Source of the DNA: Macrostomum lignano
Lineage: Eukaryota
Reading direction: 5' to 3'
Assembly (NCBI GenBank): GCA_002269645.1
Contig: NIVC01003115.1
Location: 54,554-118,553 of the forward strand
DNA length: 64,000 bases
Part shown: piece by piece, positions 49,560-63,000 of the stretch
How positions within the stretch are numbered: position 1 is the stretch's first letter
Layout: each line of letters opens with the position of its first letter
Notes under the pieces: generated by a model
Told to the model about the DNA's origin: nothing
The model's input: only the letters and a program-made list of their open reading frames with translations
Databases searched by the model: none
Position numbers and translations under genes: made by a program

Positions 49560-51800
49560 GGTTTTACGCATATCAAAGTCTCAAATCTCTTGAGAACGTC
49601 TTTCAGTGCATTTTTCGTCAGTAAGGTAGTCGTCCGTCTCGAAACGTCGGGTTAACCTCCACTTTGTCGAGTTGGAAACCGTCCATCTAAAATGTGGATA
49701 CAAACCCCCTTGCCGCTATTTATGTCTCCATGGCGGGAAAACATAATGAGAGCTAGGGTGAAGAGGGGATAACATAAACATTATTAAGAAATAACATAAT
49801 ATGGGTAACAACATAAACATTACTATCACTCCTTTTCTTAATACAAACATAAAAAGAGCGTTTATCATTGTCATCTCGGCATTTAAGCATTTGAAACTCC
49901 AAAGGAATCGATTGGCGATTTTGACTCCTAAGTTCACATCACCTGTTCCTACTGTCCTATTCCTATTTCCTATTCCTATTCCTAAATAGGTTTTGTTTTC
50001 TATATATTGTATATCACTTCTAGAATGTTGATCCTGCTTCTTAAGTTGCTTTTGTTAATGAATTGAAGAAGTTCTGGCGGTTCTCTATTAAAACAAACGT
50101 TACACTCCAGCGAATGTTGATGAATCGCAGAGTTTTTCAGCCAGTGAATTTTTACTCTTATAATTTCAAGAGGAGTCAAGATTCAGCCAAGAACTCCACA
50201 GAAAAAAAGAAAACAAGATGTCACATGCCAATCTTCCACTGTAGGGGCGCTTCTCATGATAACTAACAAACAGGCTTGCGATAAACTTTGATATAAAAAC
50301 AATCGCGTCCTTGAAAACAACCTCAATTTCGAGGAATAGTAGAGTGTTATTGCCACAATTGCCATTAGTGTTCTCGGGGGTAGAGTTGAGACTCGAGAGC
50401 CTGGTGTTGATAAACCAGCCAGTGTCGTCGACCATTTACATTTTCTCCTATGGTGCCATGAAAATGTTCGCCAGAGTTGGGACTAGGAGGCTACTCATAG
50501 CGCAACTGTAAATTCATTCAAACACGAATATGTCAGGAGTAGCAAAGCTTAACAGGTCTTTGAAAACCTCTTTGGGTAACTTAGCGTCCTATTCAATGGA
50601 AAGCTTCAGTGAAACATTGGTGAAAAGAGAGGTAACACACAAGCTACACAGTACGAGTAATCCAGAGATTTTTGGCTTAAGTTCTCTTAAGGATTGGATA
50701 AATTCGGAATTCGATCTGACCGAAAACTCATCATACATACATACGTACATTGATGATAGAGTCCAGTAATTTATCTAGACCATATTCAGCCTCATCGGTC
50801 ATGGAGACAATGGGCCCGTTCTATAAAGCCATCGCAAGATAAGATCGTTCTTAGCTCCCATCTCCGCAGTGTAGTTCCGACGCAAGATCCAACTTACGCT
50901 ACGACAGCTTTATAGTACGACCCCAATTATTAGGAGTATATCCTTCTTGTGAGCTTTGCACAGGCCAACTGTCCCAAAGGCCATCAACAAACTTCCGCGC
51001 ATGTGTTTTAAGATAGATCTAAATAGAGCTGTCAGCCTTGAGAACAGGGACAAAGAGACTTGGTCCACAGCCCCTGAGAACTATTGACTTGACTTTATGT
51101 ACTTAAAAAATGTAAGACACCGATTTCATGCTTTGATTGACTGTCATTAACTTATTAACGTAATTTTGCTCTTGTAACACTCGCATATTTTCGGCCTTTT
51201 ATAACCCGCCAATTCAATACAATTCTTCCCTAAATTGCTTGTGAATGATCAAAGTAGATCGAAACGCGTCGCAATTAATACTCGTAAGACCTAAATATGT
51301 TCGTTGTATAATCTCTTTTTGTGCCTTTTGAAGCGATCTGTTCCACATCTGTTCAGCCACACTTATTTTAATGTAGCTGGCGCTTCTACGAGCTAGGATA
51401 GAATTCTTTTCCAGTCGACTGGTCCGCGGCAACTATCAGCTGCAGTCGCTCGGCTTACTTCATAGCCTTACTTCTGGTCCTGGATCTATTCCGTGCTTCA
51501 GTTGACACCCTCTTTAGAACCGGTTTTATGCAAGAAACTGTCATCAATTTCAAGACGTCAATGGCATCCTGTCATTGTCAGAACAATGTCTACAAAGTAT
51601 GTAAAGTCTATCCCCGATGAGTGGCGAGAGTTTGAGAGGCTTGTCATCATCATGCTAAGAATATCAGCTTTATGTAAAGAATTGGTTTTCTCAAAATCGA
51701 CCTCGATAGAAGACTTAGAACTCTTTTACACAAAGGTTCTACTCTCCAATGCCATAAACTGAAGGGTACATAAGAGGTCACCACTCTGGCACAAGTGGTT
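49560..51800 (-). mobile_element. Decayed Penelope-like retroelement (RT pseudogene)
   Basis: Minus-strand translation with stops gives VTSLFTNV (50636-50613), LPKEVFKDLLSFATPDIFVF, CAMSSLLVPTLANIFMA (~50500-50454) and VDD (50432-50424). These match PLE RT motifs SFDVxSLFTNVP / GxxMGSPLxPxLANIFM / RYVDD. Boundaries approximate. Confidence 0.68.
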
Positions 51801-52139
51801 TAATGCATATTAGGAAATTTTTATACGTGCTTGTAACAACGGGCTGTCTATCTCAAGTCGCGGCTTCGTTCCTCAGGCACGTACATGTACTTTTGCCCAG
51901 TTCAGCCCTGTTTTCAGCTTATTTCTTACATTCTGGGCCCTTATAAATGTATATAGTGTCTGAGTTTATCGTTTCGCAAATATAATTTTTCACTCAGCAA
52001 ATAGCTAAACACGTGGATTGCGATTCTTAGAGGGACTGGGGACTAAACATTAGTTCGAATGATCTCTTTTGGAAGCTTATTTATACATTAACGCTTTATT
52101 AGATATTTTTACCTAATTCGAGGGTAATTTTTGGTTATA

Positions 52140-52531
52140 CAGGGTGTCCCATAAGTAACTTTACAACTTGTTTCGTGAATAACTTTGTGATTAATGCTTG
52201 GATCCCCACCAGATTTTAGCATAGGAAAATATATAGAAAAGGGATTTTTTGACACCAAAAGCATGTTCATATCAGGCCAAGATTTCGCCTGAGACGCTTA
52301 CCAAAGCCCTGCTGGACTTTCCGCGGCGGCTGGAGGCCTGCCTTACAAACGGCGGTGGCCACATCGAAGGACCCTGAACGGACTGTATTTTTTAACGTAC
52401 ATGAACATGCTTTTGGTGTCAAAAAATCCCTTTTCTATATATTTTCCTATGCTAAAATCTGGTGGGGATCCAAGCATTAATCATAAAGTTATTCACGAAA
52501 CAAGTTGTAAAGTTACTTATGGGACACCCTG
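52140..52531 (+). mobile_element. Tc1/mariner internal-deletion derivative (MITE), 392 bp
   Basis: 131-bp near-perfect TIRs (52140-52270, 52401-52531) starting CAGGGTGTCCC, TA TSD. The 130-bp core encodes a transposase C-terminus (ISPETLTKALLDFPRRLEACLTNGGGHIEGP*). Confidence 0.92.
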
Positions 52532-52621
52532 TACATTTAGCTTTCAGTGTATTTTACCACCCCAACCGTAAATTCGAAAGTTTATGAATATTAAAAAATT
52601 GCCAATTCAAAAACCTTTTAC

Positions 52622-52721
52622 CTCTAATTAGCTGTATCTGGGCTGCTGAATTACAGGTACTTGTCTTCGCTTCGGGACGGTTGCGAGAGCGATGACGCTG
52701 GGCAGTCAGAGAGCTCTGCAT
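52622..52721 (-). CDS. Probable first coding exon of the ATP8A-like flippase
   Basis: ATG at 52721, open to AG|GTAAAA donor in phase 1, matching the phase-1 acceptor at 42134. Joined N-terminus ...[14 protein letters not shown]... recalls ATP8A1 EIRSRAEGY; total length becomes ~1192 aa. No transcript evidence. Confidence 0.5.
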
Positions 52722-52877
52722 GCAGATCTAATCAGCTGCCAGATAGAAACTTTCTGTCTTTTCTCTTCTGCTACTGGTACATTTCACGCATAAGCGCTGC
52801 GTTGTATGGCAATCCGAGTACCAACCATCCCAACTAGGAAACCAACTGACACATACCACTAGATTTCACTTGACACC

Positions 52878-53642
52878 ATGATGACAGTCCAGCCACTGTG
52901 TGTCTCACTGGCGCTCCTTGTGCTGGGCAGCGTGGGCATCAAATTTTCCGCTGGCTGTCCCGAAAACTTCACCTCGCCGCAAGACGGCTTCTGTCTTCAT
53001 CTGAGGTCAGACGGACCAAAAATGGACTGGTGCCGAGCCCAAAGTATCTGCAACGCCATCGGCGGCCGGCTGTTGAGCACGGTAAGCAAACTAGTCGCTC
53101 TGCAACCCGTGTTAGCGCCACTCACCAGTACTGACAAGTACTACGTCGGATTTACGGACATGATGAAAGAGGCTGAAACATCTCGAAGTGGCTGGCTGAG
53201 CACTGATGATGGAGAACTTCCCATCAACATCACCAACACCATGTGGCTGGCTGGAAAACCGGACAATTTCTTAAATGCCGACTGCCTGATTCTGACCTCC
53301 AGTGACGGGAGCCCAATGAAACTGTCTGACGCTTACTGCAAAACCAGCTACGGCTTCATATGCGAGCCCGGACCGCAGTCCTACAGCAAGCCTGTCAGCG
53401 TCTTTGCCAAGAGCGCCCTTCCCAGCAGCCAGCCGCTGGAGACCGCCCCGTTCTACTGCGCCGGTGAGAAGAAAAGTTCAGACGGCCGAATCCACTGCGT
53501 GTCCCTGTGCGCCGCCAACCCGGTGTGCAAAGCCGTCCTGTTCAACAAGGCCACCCGCGCCTGCCGCCAGATTCTGCACGGAGATGCCGCCGTGGAGGCT
53601 GCCGTCGAGACCGACGCCAACTGGGAGAAATTCGTCCGCTAA
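52878..53642 (+). CDS. Secreted C-type lectin domain + PAN/apple domain protein (254 aa, single coding exon)
   Basis: Hydrophobic signal peptide; CTL pattern (C..F...C...W.RAQSIC..IGGRLL, YYVG, W..GKPDN..NADC, LSDAYC...YGFICE); C-terminal C...CAANPVCKAVLFN...C PAN-like module. Confidence 0.85.
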   Translation: MMTVQPLCVSLALLVLGSVGIKFSAGCPENFTSPQDGFCLHLRSDGPKMDWCRAQSICNAIGGRLLSTVSKLVALQPVLAPLTSTDKYYVGFTDMMKEAETSRSGWLSTDDGELPINITNTMWLAGKPDNFLNADCLILTSSDGSPMKLSDAYCKTSYGFICEPGPQSYSKPVSVFAKSALPSSQPLETAPFYCAGEKKSSDGRIHCVSLCAANPVCKAVLFNKATRACRQILHGDAAVEAAVETDANWEKFVR

Positions 53643-55255
53643 TTTAGCCTATAAACTTGGAAATGGTCTCGTTAAAAAAACTTGAACAATTATTATTGAC
53701 CAAAAATGAACAAATCAGAACTTTGGAAGAGATATTTTACCTTGACAAACAGTCGCATGCATATACTATTTTTTCTAAGGATGGATGGCGACTGACGCTC
53801 TCCAATTGCAATGTTTCTAAAATTCTAGTCCGACTGTAAGTTTTCTTGAAAGCGCCCGAAAATCATTAAGAGGCACAGTGAAACGACTGGCTTTGATATC
53901 AAAATAACAAAATCATTTTAACGGTTTTCATAGTGTTTTCCAGTTTTCCAGTTTTTGCGGCGAACATACGCTCGTAATAATATCAGCTTGCAGTTGAGTC
54001 CTTAGGAGCAGCGTTCAAGTAAACATTTAGCCCTTCTGTCAGGTGTTCAGGTTTGTCAAGTTTTTTCAGGTCTAATCAGAGCAAGTGTGCGGTAGTTTCC
54101 TCGAACTTCTTAAGAGTTTTAGCCTGCAAATTCAAGTCTTGCGTCCGTTTTGCACGCCTGAAGTAACCCATCAGTAATGTTTTTGATTTTGAAGTTTGGA
54201 TTTTAGCGATATACGATCGCATACCTACCTACCGACAGACCATTTTTAGCGTCATTTAAGAATAAAACCGAAAATATTCTTACTATTCGAAATTCGAGCA
54301 TCCCAAACAACTTTCTTTCAAAGTTGAAGTCGTTGCCGAAGTCACTTTTCTGAGAGTTCGCTTGATGAAATCTATCCAGGCATTGGCAATACATGTATCT
54401 TTCTAGGTAGCTACTTAGATATACATGGATAGTTAGTTGTCAACTTAAATTGTCTGTGTTTAGATAGCTTTCTATTCTACGAGTGGCTCCTAATGCAAGC
54501 AGAAACAAGGTAGAAAAGCAAATAAGCGATGTCTTCATTGCTGTCTTTCCATTAGCTATCTAACTATGCTTATATAGGTTTTTTTCGTAAATTTAGTATC
54601 GAAGTGTATTTTTCCTGGTTAGACTATCACAATACACAGAGCTAGGAAGTGTTAATAGAGAAAAACAAACTTCCTCTTCCAGGTAAAATATCCAAGAAAC
54701 TCACTCCCATCCATAGAAGATGAGGCATGCTTTGAAATCAGTTGGCAATTAGCAAGCGCGAAGCTACCAACTTGATCGGGTGCACTGTTTGCTAAGAATT
54801 CGCCACGAATCATTAGCAACATTTCCTGTACGAGCGTATACATCATAACCGCTGAGCCGTCACCTAAAATCCTAAATTGCATCTGCTCCTGTTTTATGGA
54901 ACCCATTATTTCGTTTTTCCATATTTCAGTATTGCATTTCCGAATCGTCGCAGAACAAAGCAAGCAAAGCAAACTTTGCACAATAGCTATCGAATTCCTT
55001 TTGTCTGCTGTCAGTCTTAACGTCAGTGGCAGACAGATCTAAGTCTTAAATCTGCAGATCTTTGCAGAACGGCAGAATATGATCGAGCTCCAAATTAGAA
55101 AAGGATTTGTACCGGTACTTATGTACCTGCAGCCTAAAGTGGGCAGTTAAAGCAAATGCAGCGTACACCCTTTCGAAAAAAAGAGAACAAGGAGTAAAAC
55201 TTTACTCTCTTACTTATTAGCAATCAGATAAATCGCAATATTTAGGGTCTCTAAG

Positions 55256-55440
55256 GGTTGAGAGTTGCAGCCCAGTGCTCAGAGCGTCGGACTCACAGCT
55301 TGACGGTCGGGGGTTCGATTCCCGATCTCACTGGAACAATTCGTGTCCTTGAGCAAGACACCTAACTCTACATTGCTTCAGTTCACCAGCTGTAAAATGG
55401 GTGTCAGCTGTAATCGATTATTTATTATTATATTATTATT
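55256..55440 (+). mobile_element. tRNA-derived SINE
   Basis: tRNA-like head with B box GGTTCGATTCC (55312-55322), followed by gtgtccttgagcaagacacctaac and cagctgtaaaatggg motifs typical of conserved-core metazoan SINEs, then a (TAT)n tail. Confidence 0.7.
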
Positions 55441-55986
55441 TGGGACTCCAACAAAACATTTTGCAAGTAGTTTCTGTTTGTAAACATTTACATGTAATGT
55501 TATACCATTTAAAAATTTCTAGCTATGTCTGTGGATGATAATACAAAAACACTTACAGGAGAGTTGTGAGCGCTCTGGTTTGGCGACACGGCCCTGACTT
55601 CCTATCTTCAGGCATGCACACTCCCTGTACCTAGTAGGTTGTGAAGCGTATGACAACCCCGACCAATTTTCGTGTAAAAGTCTCAAAATGTGACCGAAAT
55701 GGAACTAGGGGTCTTTGCGCAAGAGTCAGACATGCTTAGGGCTCGGCTGCTCTGCCCCGTCCGCTGCAATTTTTAATTTCACAAATTTTGCCAAATCAAA
55801 TCAAGTCGAATCATGATCGAACAAATTCGACATAGCCAAACTGAGGCCATAGATATGTAACATTTCAAAACAGATTTGCTCTGCTGTCAATTCCCCTACT
55901 AAGACAGTAATTCTTTTCTGATCTGATTTTGATCTAGCTAAAGTATACACAACTTATCGAAAAAGAGCCAAATTTCATCGACAGAT

Positions 55987-56478
55987 ATGGCTCAAGCTGG
56001 CGATGCACTTCAAAGTCAACGCAGCGAGAAGGAAGTTCTAGCCGAGATGAAACTGGAACGAGACCAAGTCTTCAAGGAGCTTGACCCAAACAGCAAGGGT
56101 ATTATTTCATTCGAGGACGTGTACAAAAGTTTGTACAAGAACAATGAGGATTTCAAGGGACCCACGATGTTCATGTTCAAAAGCGTCGGAGGCAGGAAGC
56201 AAGAAGGACATTTCACTCGAGACGAATTCTTGAACTTTTTGAAGTTCACCCAGCCAGAGTTCAAGGGCGACCGGCAGCGGCTGATCTTTCGAGCGTTCGA
56301 CCTGGGGAAGCGCGGCTTCGTCACCAAGGACAACCTGCGCCAGGTGTTCACCGAAGAGTACGGACTTGAGCCGAAGTTTGACTTCGAGTACATTTTCGAG
56401 GAGGCTGACGACGATGGAGATGACAAGCTGAACTTCCAGGAATTTCAGAAGTTTATGAAGAGCTATGAGATGTTTTAA
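55987..56478 (+). CDS. Calmodulin-like EF-hand calcium-binding protein (163 aa, single coding exon)
   Basis: Four EF-hand positions: FKELDPNSKGIISFEDV, degenerate EF2, FRAFDLGKRGFVTKDNL, FEEADDDGDDKLNFQEF. Confidence 0.88.
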   Translation: MAQAGDALQSQRSEKEVLAEMKLERDQVFKELDPNSKGIISFEDVYKSLYKNNEDFKGPTMFMFKSVGGRKQEGHFTRDEFLNFLKFTQPEFKGDRQRLIFRAFDLGKRGFVTKDNLRQVFTEEYGLEPKFDFEYIFEEADDDGDDKLNFQEFQKFMKSYEMF

Positions 56479-57072
56479 ATAGTCTTGCTGACAGGACTGA
56501 ATACTTTATCTCCATGTACTGAGGGCTGACTGCTGACAGTGAACAATGTTTTCCGAACCCAGCTGATAGAATATAGACTACTGTACGTAAGTTAAGACTT
56601 AGGGAATAATTTCTCTCAAAATTAATGGAATGATATTTTACTGTATAAAGTGAAACAAATAATATACTAGTAGCCTATAGAGAACAGCAAACTACGATTC
56701 AGGTCAAACTTTATGTTACAAATATCAGCCTGATACAAAATCTAATGCATTGTTATCCAGTCTGACATCTCCATTTTGGCCTCATGCATCAAGGTTAGCT
56801 GTCGCTTCTTAGCTGCAATTCCATTTTTTCAGGAAACAATGCAAGCTTGCAAGAGTCAAAAGATTCCATTTCTTTATTCAATCCTCATTTGGACAGTTTT
56901 ATTTCTCAATTCAAACTACCAGAAGTCAGGTGCATAACGGCTTTTATCATTTCATGCTAATATGAGTAGTCAGTTTGATCCATATCACCGATTTTTAAAC
57001 GCTTTTTAAGTTGCAGATTGAACATCGTATTAGTTTTTCAGAGTAATAAAGTCGTGGTGCAGGATCGGATGT

Positions 57073-60000
57073 TTATTTCGCTCCCGATGAGGAGCTGGAC
57101 GAGCTGGACGAGCTGGACGAAGAAGAAGTCTCGCTGGTGATTGTCTTCTTGGCGCTCTTAGCAATCATCTTCAGAGAGGTGCTCACTTCCGTCTTCTTGT
57201 GCACCTCGGTGATTTGCCGACCTGAGAAAGTTAAGCGGCGTGGATTTGGGCATGAAGATTGCACATTCGACAAAAATGCACGATGCACAGAAATTTCGAA
57301 CTGCTTCTAAGACGTGTTGTCGAGAGCATCTAAGAATTCGTCCAATGTATATTAGTATCAGACTATACTAATATGTACAGACGGTAACAAAGTATATTAT
57401 TTATCGGTGAGGTTTTTGCATAATATTTTATAAAAATGAGATTGTACACTCTGGCACACCAATACGGTAATACATGTAGTTTTACCCGTAGTTTTGCCCG
57501 CAACCCTCCTGCGATTATTATTGCTGCGAGTATTTCATACTCAACAGGGCCCTTAATCTGAGCGGATCAGTATGCAAAAACAGGAAAATCACCTTCAAAG
57601 GTTGCCACAAGCATCGGGTTGCCGGAAGCGTCCTTGCTGCACTCGCAGTTGGCCCTCGCCTTGTCGCTGATCATGCAGTCAAAACCCTTCTCGCCGATAT
57701 TTCGACACTTGCCGTCCTTCTGTTGGCATTTGGCTTGCAGCAGCTGGCCGCCAGTTGCTGTGCACTTGTAGGTGAAGCAGGAAGTCGTCCACTGCTGGCC
57801 CTGCTCGTACTTCTTGCCACTGCTGATGTCAACGCACATGCTGACCACCGCGCCGCCGGAGCCAGTGATCACAGTCGCCTTGTCGCCACTGACGATTTCA
57901 TTCTTGCCCCAGCCAGATGAGTTCTGAACGCAGAGGCAGTTAGAGTGCTGCTTGTCTCCGATGCGGCAGGAATAACCGTCGGCGTGGAGGTTTTTACAGG
58001 TCTTGTCCGCGGCCTCGCATTCTGTGGGAACAGATTTTGATATCCACAGTTCCCTGTAAATATGAACTTAAACATATCTCTTTAACGATTTTGCGACTCA
58101 CTTGGAATTCTCTTCAACCCTGTGTGCGTGCATTCCATCACGTTGCAACCATAGTTCCACCTGTCTCCTTCGACGTACATCTTCGATGCGTCGAACGGAT
58201 CAGTGCATCTATTTTTGGATGCCTTGATTTTGCAATAGCCCCAAGAGCCGGTCTTGTGATTCCTGTTGAATGAGCACCAGTATTTTCCCTCGTACTGGTC
58301 GCAGCTGTAATGCCATTTGTTCCGATACTTGAACGGGAAGACGCATGCGATGCCCTTGTCGGTCATCATTGTCTCGTTGGCTGCCGCAATAGACTGGTAA
58401 GACAGTGACTGAATTTTTTTTCCTGACGCCTTATCAGTGACTGTCTTTAGTCTAAAATTTACAAACAATATAATGCATAGAATTCAGTCAGCTTTCAAGG
58501 ACCAGCTTCTCATGTAAAAAAAGAAATGATCTTTAGAAACAAACCTGCATCGACACTTCCAGTTCAGCGATCCGGTAACTTGAGTGCAGGGGAAGTATTC
58601 CTCAGTAGAGTAGCAGAAGCCGTCGTAGCCAAGGCACTTTCTATACAGGACTTCAACTCCGCTATCGGTGCACTTGAACTGAGAGCACTCCTCTTGCCAG
58701 GTGGTTCCCACAGGCCTAAGCTCTCCAGCGTCTGTTTTGCAGTACTTCACGGTTGAGGTCTGCAGCTGGCACAGGCCGTCATTCTTGACAAAGCCGGCCG
58801 GGCAGTTGATGAGTGGGTAGACACGTAGGTAGAAGAGCTTATAGATTTTTGTCACTTCGGATGATCGAATAACAGTCACGTAGAGGCTAATCTCGTTGCT
58901 GCTGTATAGGACGGACCACTGAGATGAACTTGCGCTCGAGCTTAGTTGCACTGTGAAGAATTTTCCGTTCGACTTAAAGTCGTCCGAGTAGCGCTTAATC
59001 TCTGTCAGACTGCTGTCTCCGACCGGGATGCTGGAGGCCGTGATCAGGAAGACAACGACAGTGCTGCCGCGTCTCGCCTTGCTCTTCTCTCCTGCAACTG
59101 TCTTCATACCCTGAAGCAGATTTGATTCGCCTCCCAGAGGTGCTATCGAGTTTATCTTGTCTGCGATTCCCACTAGAGGGGACTGGCTAAAGGCTACAAC
59201 GGCTTCGCCCTTCTTACCCATAAGGACCACAGAGACTCGCGCACTCAGACCAGCTACCTCTTTTGTGTTGAACTGCTGCAGTAGGCCGTTGATGAATCCT
59301 TGAATGTCCCTGATTGAACCTTTGAGCTTGTCAGAAACGTCAATTAAGAAGAAAAGTCGACTTTGCGGTCCGCCATACCCTTGTTCTTGTCCGGAATGCA
59401 GCCTTCTCCAGTCTTGTAGACCCAATTATCACCGAGCTTGCACTGGCATTTGTATCCAGGCTTCTGATTCACGCAAATGGCCGAAGCGTCGCAAATCTTA
59501 CTGTTCTCGGCACACTCATCAATATCGACACAGGATTCACTCGAATATCTGTAGCCTGAACCGCAAGTGCAGTTGTATGAACCGGCGATGTTCACACACT
59601 TGGAACCACCCTTGCAGTTATTAGTTGCGTTGGATTTGCATTCATCAACGTCCTGGCAACCAACACCGGTCTGATAGGTGAAGCCATCGTTGCATGTGCA
59701 ATTATATGAGCCAAGCATGTTGATGCACTTTCCAGCTCCCATACATGGGTCTTTCTTTAACTTGCACTCATCTACATCAACGCAGCCGAAGTATTTGTTG
59801 TATTTAAAGCCCGACGGACAGTCGCATCGGAAGCTTCCAGCTAGATTAGTGCAAGTAGCTCGGTCACTGAGGCATGGGTTCTCTTTGCATTCGTTAACGT
59901 CTACGCACTTCTTTTCGTTCTTGTCATAGGTATAGCCCTGTTTGCACTTTGGCTCCAAGGGACAGTCGCTTTGGGTTTGTCAGGCTTCACGCATCCTCTT

Positions 60001-63000
60001 GCTCTGTCGTGCAGCAGGCCATCACTGCAAAGACACATGAAACTACCCGGAAGATTCACGCAAGTAGCATCACTATGACAGGCAGGTACAGTGGCCTTGC
60101 ATTCATTTATATCAGTGCAGCTGTCGTTCTGCGTTTTAAAGCCCATTGGGCAGCCAGCTGTCGACTCAAGCTCCTTGGTGATAGCAGGGATCGATGTATA
60201 CGGTGGCATGCGTGCAGAAATAACTGTTAGTCCACTCATTGTCGGATCAACGCTTGACTTTGCCGTCTTAGGCAGGTTGACAGCAATTACTCGCACCTTT
60301 GATTCTTTAAGTTTCTCAAGCTGGTTTCGAACTGGTTTGCCTGAAGTAGCTGGAACGGAACTCTTCTTCAGCACAATAACGTACTTGGGCACCTCGGGTC
60401 TGAAGCCGCCAATGGCCTGCATTAAAACTTTGTTGACTACTCGAAGAGCGGCTTCCAGATTGTCTGTTGAGCCACCAGTCCTCTTGAGCTTTCTGACATA
60501 GTTCATGAACTCTGCCTTGCCCTGGTGCTCACTAAATAGGCTGACAGTAGGACTGACTCTTCCAAATACTACCATTGATGGTCGAACAGATTTTAATGAC
60601 AGGCGGTATTTAGTAAGAAGCTTAACAACAAGACTCTTCAAAGCTTCGAACTCATCTGTGCTTATGTCGTCAGTTCCCTCAATTACAAACGCTACATCAA
60701 TCGGTACGACTGCGCCGCAGCTCTTCTCGGGCACACATGCTCTTCCGTTTAGACAAATCCCGGCTTGCAGACGCACGCATCTCGTGAAGGAAGTCGACAA
60801 ACTCGGCGCCTGCCGATGTCCGAGCAAGTTCTCGGACAGCCGCTGGCTTTCTGACTGTAGACAGCATTTGGACCGCATCGCATTGGACAGAAGCTTCGAG
60901 ACCGCCAACTTACACTAAATCCAGCAGCCAAGCAAGCGTTGTATAGGGATTCAAGAGACTGGCAGACTGCTCTCCTACGATTTCGCGGGCTCTTGTACTC
61001 GCATACATCGAATCGGCAGTTCTCGAAAATTCCAGAATAATCAACCTTCTTCGAACGCAGACAGCTTCCGAATGGACCGCTCTTGTCGATAATCATGCCG
61101 CAGTATTTTTTACTCTTAACGGCCTTTCTCATTGCAGCGGAGCAGACCTTGCTTGGTGGCAAAACTGGTTTTACTTTGCAGCGGTACTTCTTAGACGAGT
61201 CGTCAGGAACAGCGAAAGACTGGCCAATCTTTACAAAACCGTGAATACCCAGTTTTGAAACATCTTTCCCATCGCGAGTTTTAAGATCGTCGCTTGGATT
61301 ACCATTGCAATTTCCGCAGATTCCCTGCACTTTACTAGCGTAACGTGAGCGAGGCAAGTGCAGCTCAGCGACAGATTGACCATTAAACTGAAGGTGCATG
61401 CCGCAGTACTTGGACTCGGCAACTACGTTTCTGCCGCTGTGATAAATTCTGATTTTTTTCCCTCCTGGGTAAAGCGAAATCGGCAGTCGACGAACTCTCT
61501 TTCCATTGATGAAAACCCGACGCCGTTGGTGCAGGCGAACATTGATGCCATGGAAACTAATGTCAACAAATCTTGTCCAGCTAACTCTTCCGGTCCTACC
61601 ACGGGCCTCATTCTTTGCTGTGACCTTGAAATTGCACTTCGATCCCTTCTTAAGTTTTGATTGGGCTAATAAGTACTTGCACTTTCCTTGGAAACTAATC
61701 CATTTGCCGTCAAAGGTGTGGTAGTGTGGATCGCCAGAGCTGGTGCAAGTGCAGAATTTCCGCTTACTGGGATTCATTTCCCGCAAGAGACTGGGCATAA
61801 GTAACTAACCAGCTTGCTAGAGCAACGCTTTCTTCGCGCCATGGCCTTGCAAGTGTATGCTCTGTCATAGCAGCCTTTCAAAGCCCTTCGGCATTTTCCA
61901 ACAATAAACACAAAACCCTTTCGGCATTTAGTTGGCTCGCATACTCCGAATGTATTCTTTCCTCTTTTGTAAGTTCGAAGCCGATAGTTTTTGCCGCAAT
62001 TTCGCACGCAACGACGGCCAAGTTTGTAATAGCCTGTCCTGCATATGTAAGAAAGGCAATATCGAGTGAGGCCACGGCGTGTTCTGTAATAACGACGTCT
62101 ATATCCCATTGGGCAGGACTTGACGCAACGACGACCGATTCTAAACCGGCGACCCTTGCAACGCTTTGGCTGGCAAAATTTAAAGCTGTACGTCTTGGTG
62201 TAAGTTTTTTTGCGCGACGCCATGCGATCGGGCATCTACTTGTGCACCTATCGAACAGAAAGTATCGGCCCTTCGAGCATGCATCCCGGACGCAGTATCT
62301 TTGAAGTGTTTTACCGACGCGCTTGCTTATGACGCGGTACCGCTTAGGACATCTACGGCGGCACCTGTGTCGGAAAATTACAAGTCCACCTCGACAGTTA
62401 GGGGCTCTCCGCACGCACCTTGCCCTTCTACGTCCTCTTCTATCAGCGCGATATGTGCACTTGTAGCCCTTGCCGACACCTCATGCGAGAGCATGGGTTG
62501 GTCTTGTTCTTCACACATGCAGCAACTGCTTTGTGCGGAGTCTTCCAGCCATCACCTTCTTAACAAAATGCACTTCTCACCGGTCGCACAACGCACCTTA
62601 GTACAAAGATCTTCGCGACACACTGCATATCGTCTAACGTAGCTAGTCTTTCTGTAACGGAGCGAATGTTGAATATTTTTGTCATGTATGACTTCGGACA
62701 GCTCTTGACACATCGGCCGTTGAATCTCGCAAGAGGATACTTGCAAGCTTTTCTTGTGCAGCGCCTTAGGGTCACGACGTGCCTGCGCCTTTGTATTATG
62801 CGTGCGCGCTTGTAGCTTCTCGTGGTGTATCCTCTCGGGCATCTCTTTATGCATCTGTTCTTGTACCGATAAGTACCGGCCTTGCAGTCTGAAAATTGGC
62901 ATGTCAGTGTAACCCATTGTCATTTTCACAGCATAATTTAAGAAAAAAACTCTGAATGCATGCTTACATTTAGGAACACACGCAGTTCTATGAATCAATC

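Noticed and set aside
53860-53900. Kolobok-like end (TTAA-GAGGCACAGTG)
   Set aside because: No matching opposite terminus found in the window.
55256-55330. tRNA gene
   Set aside because: B box present but no complete cloverleaf; followed by SINE core motifs and a simple-repeat tail.
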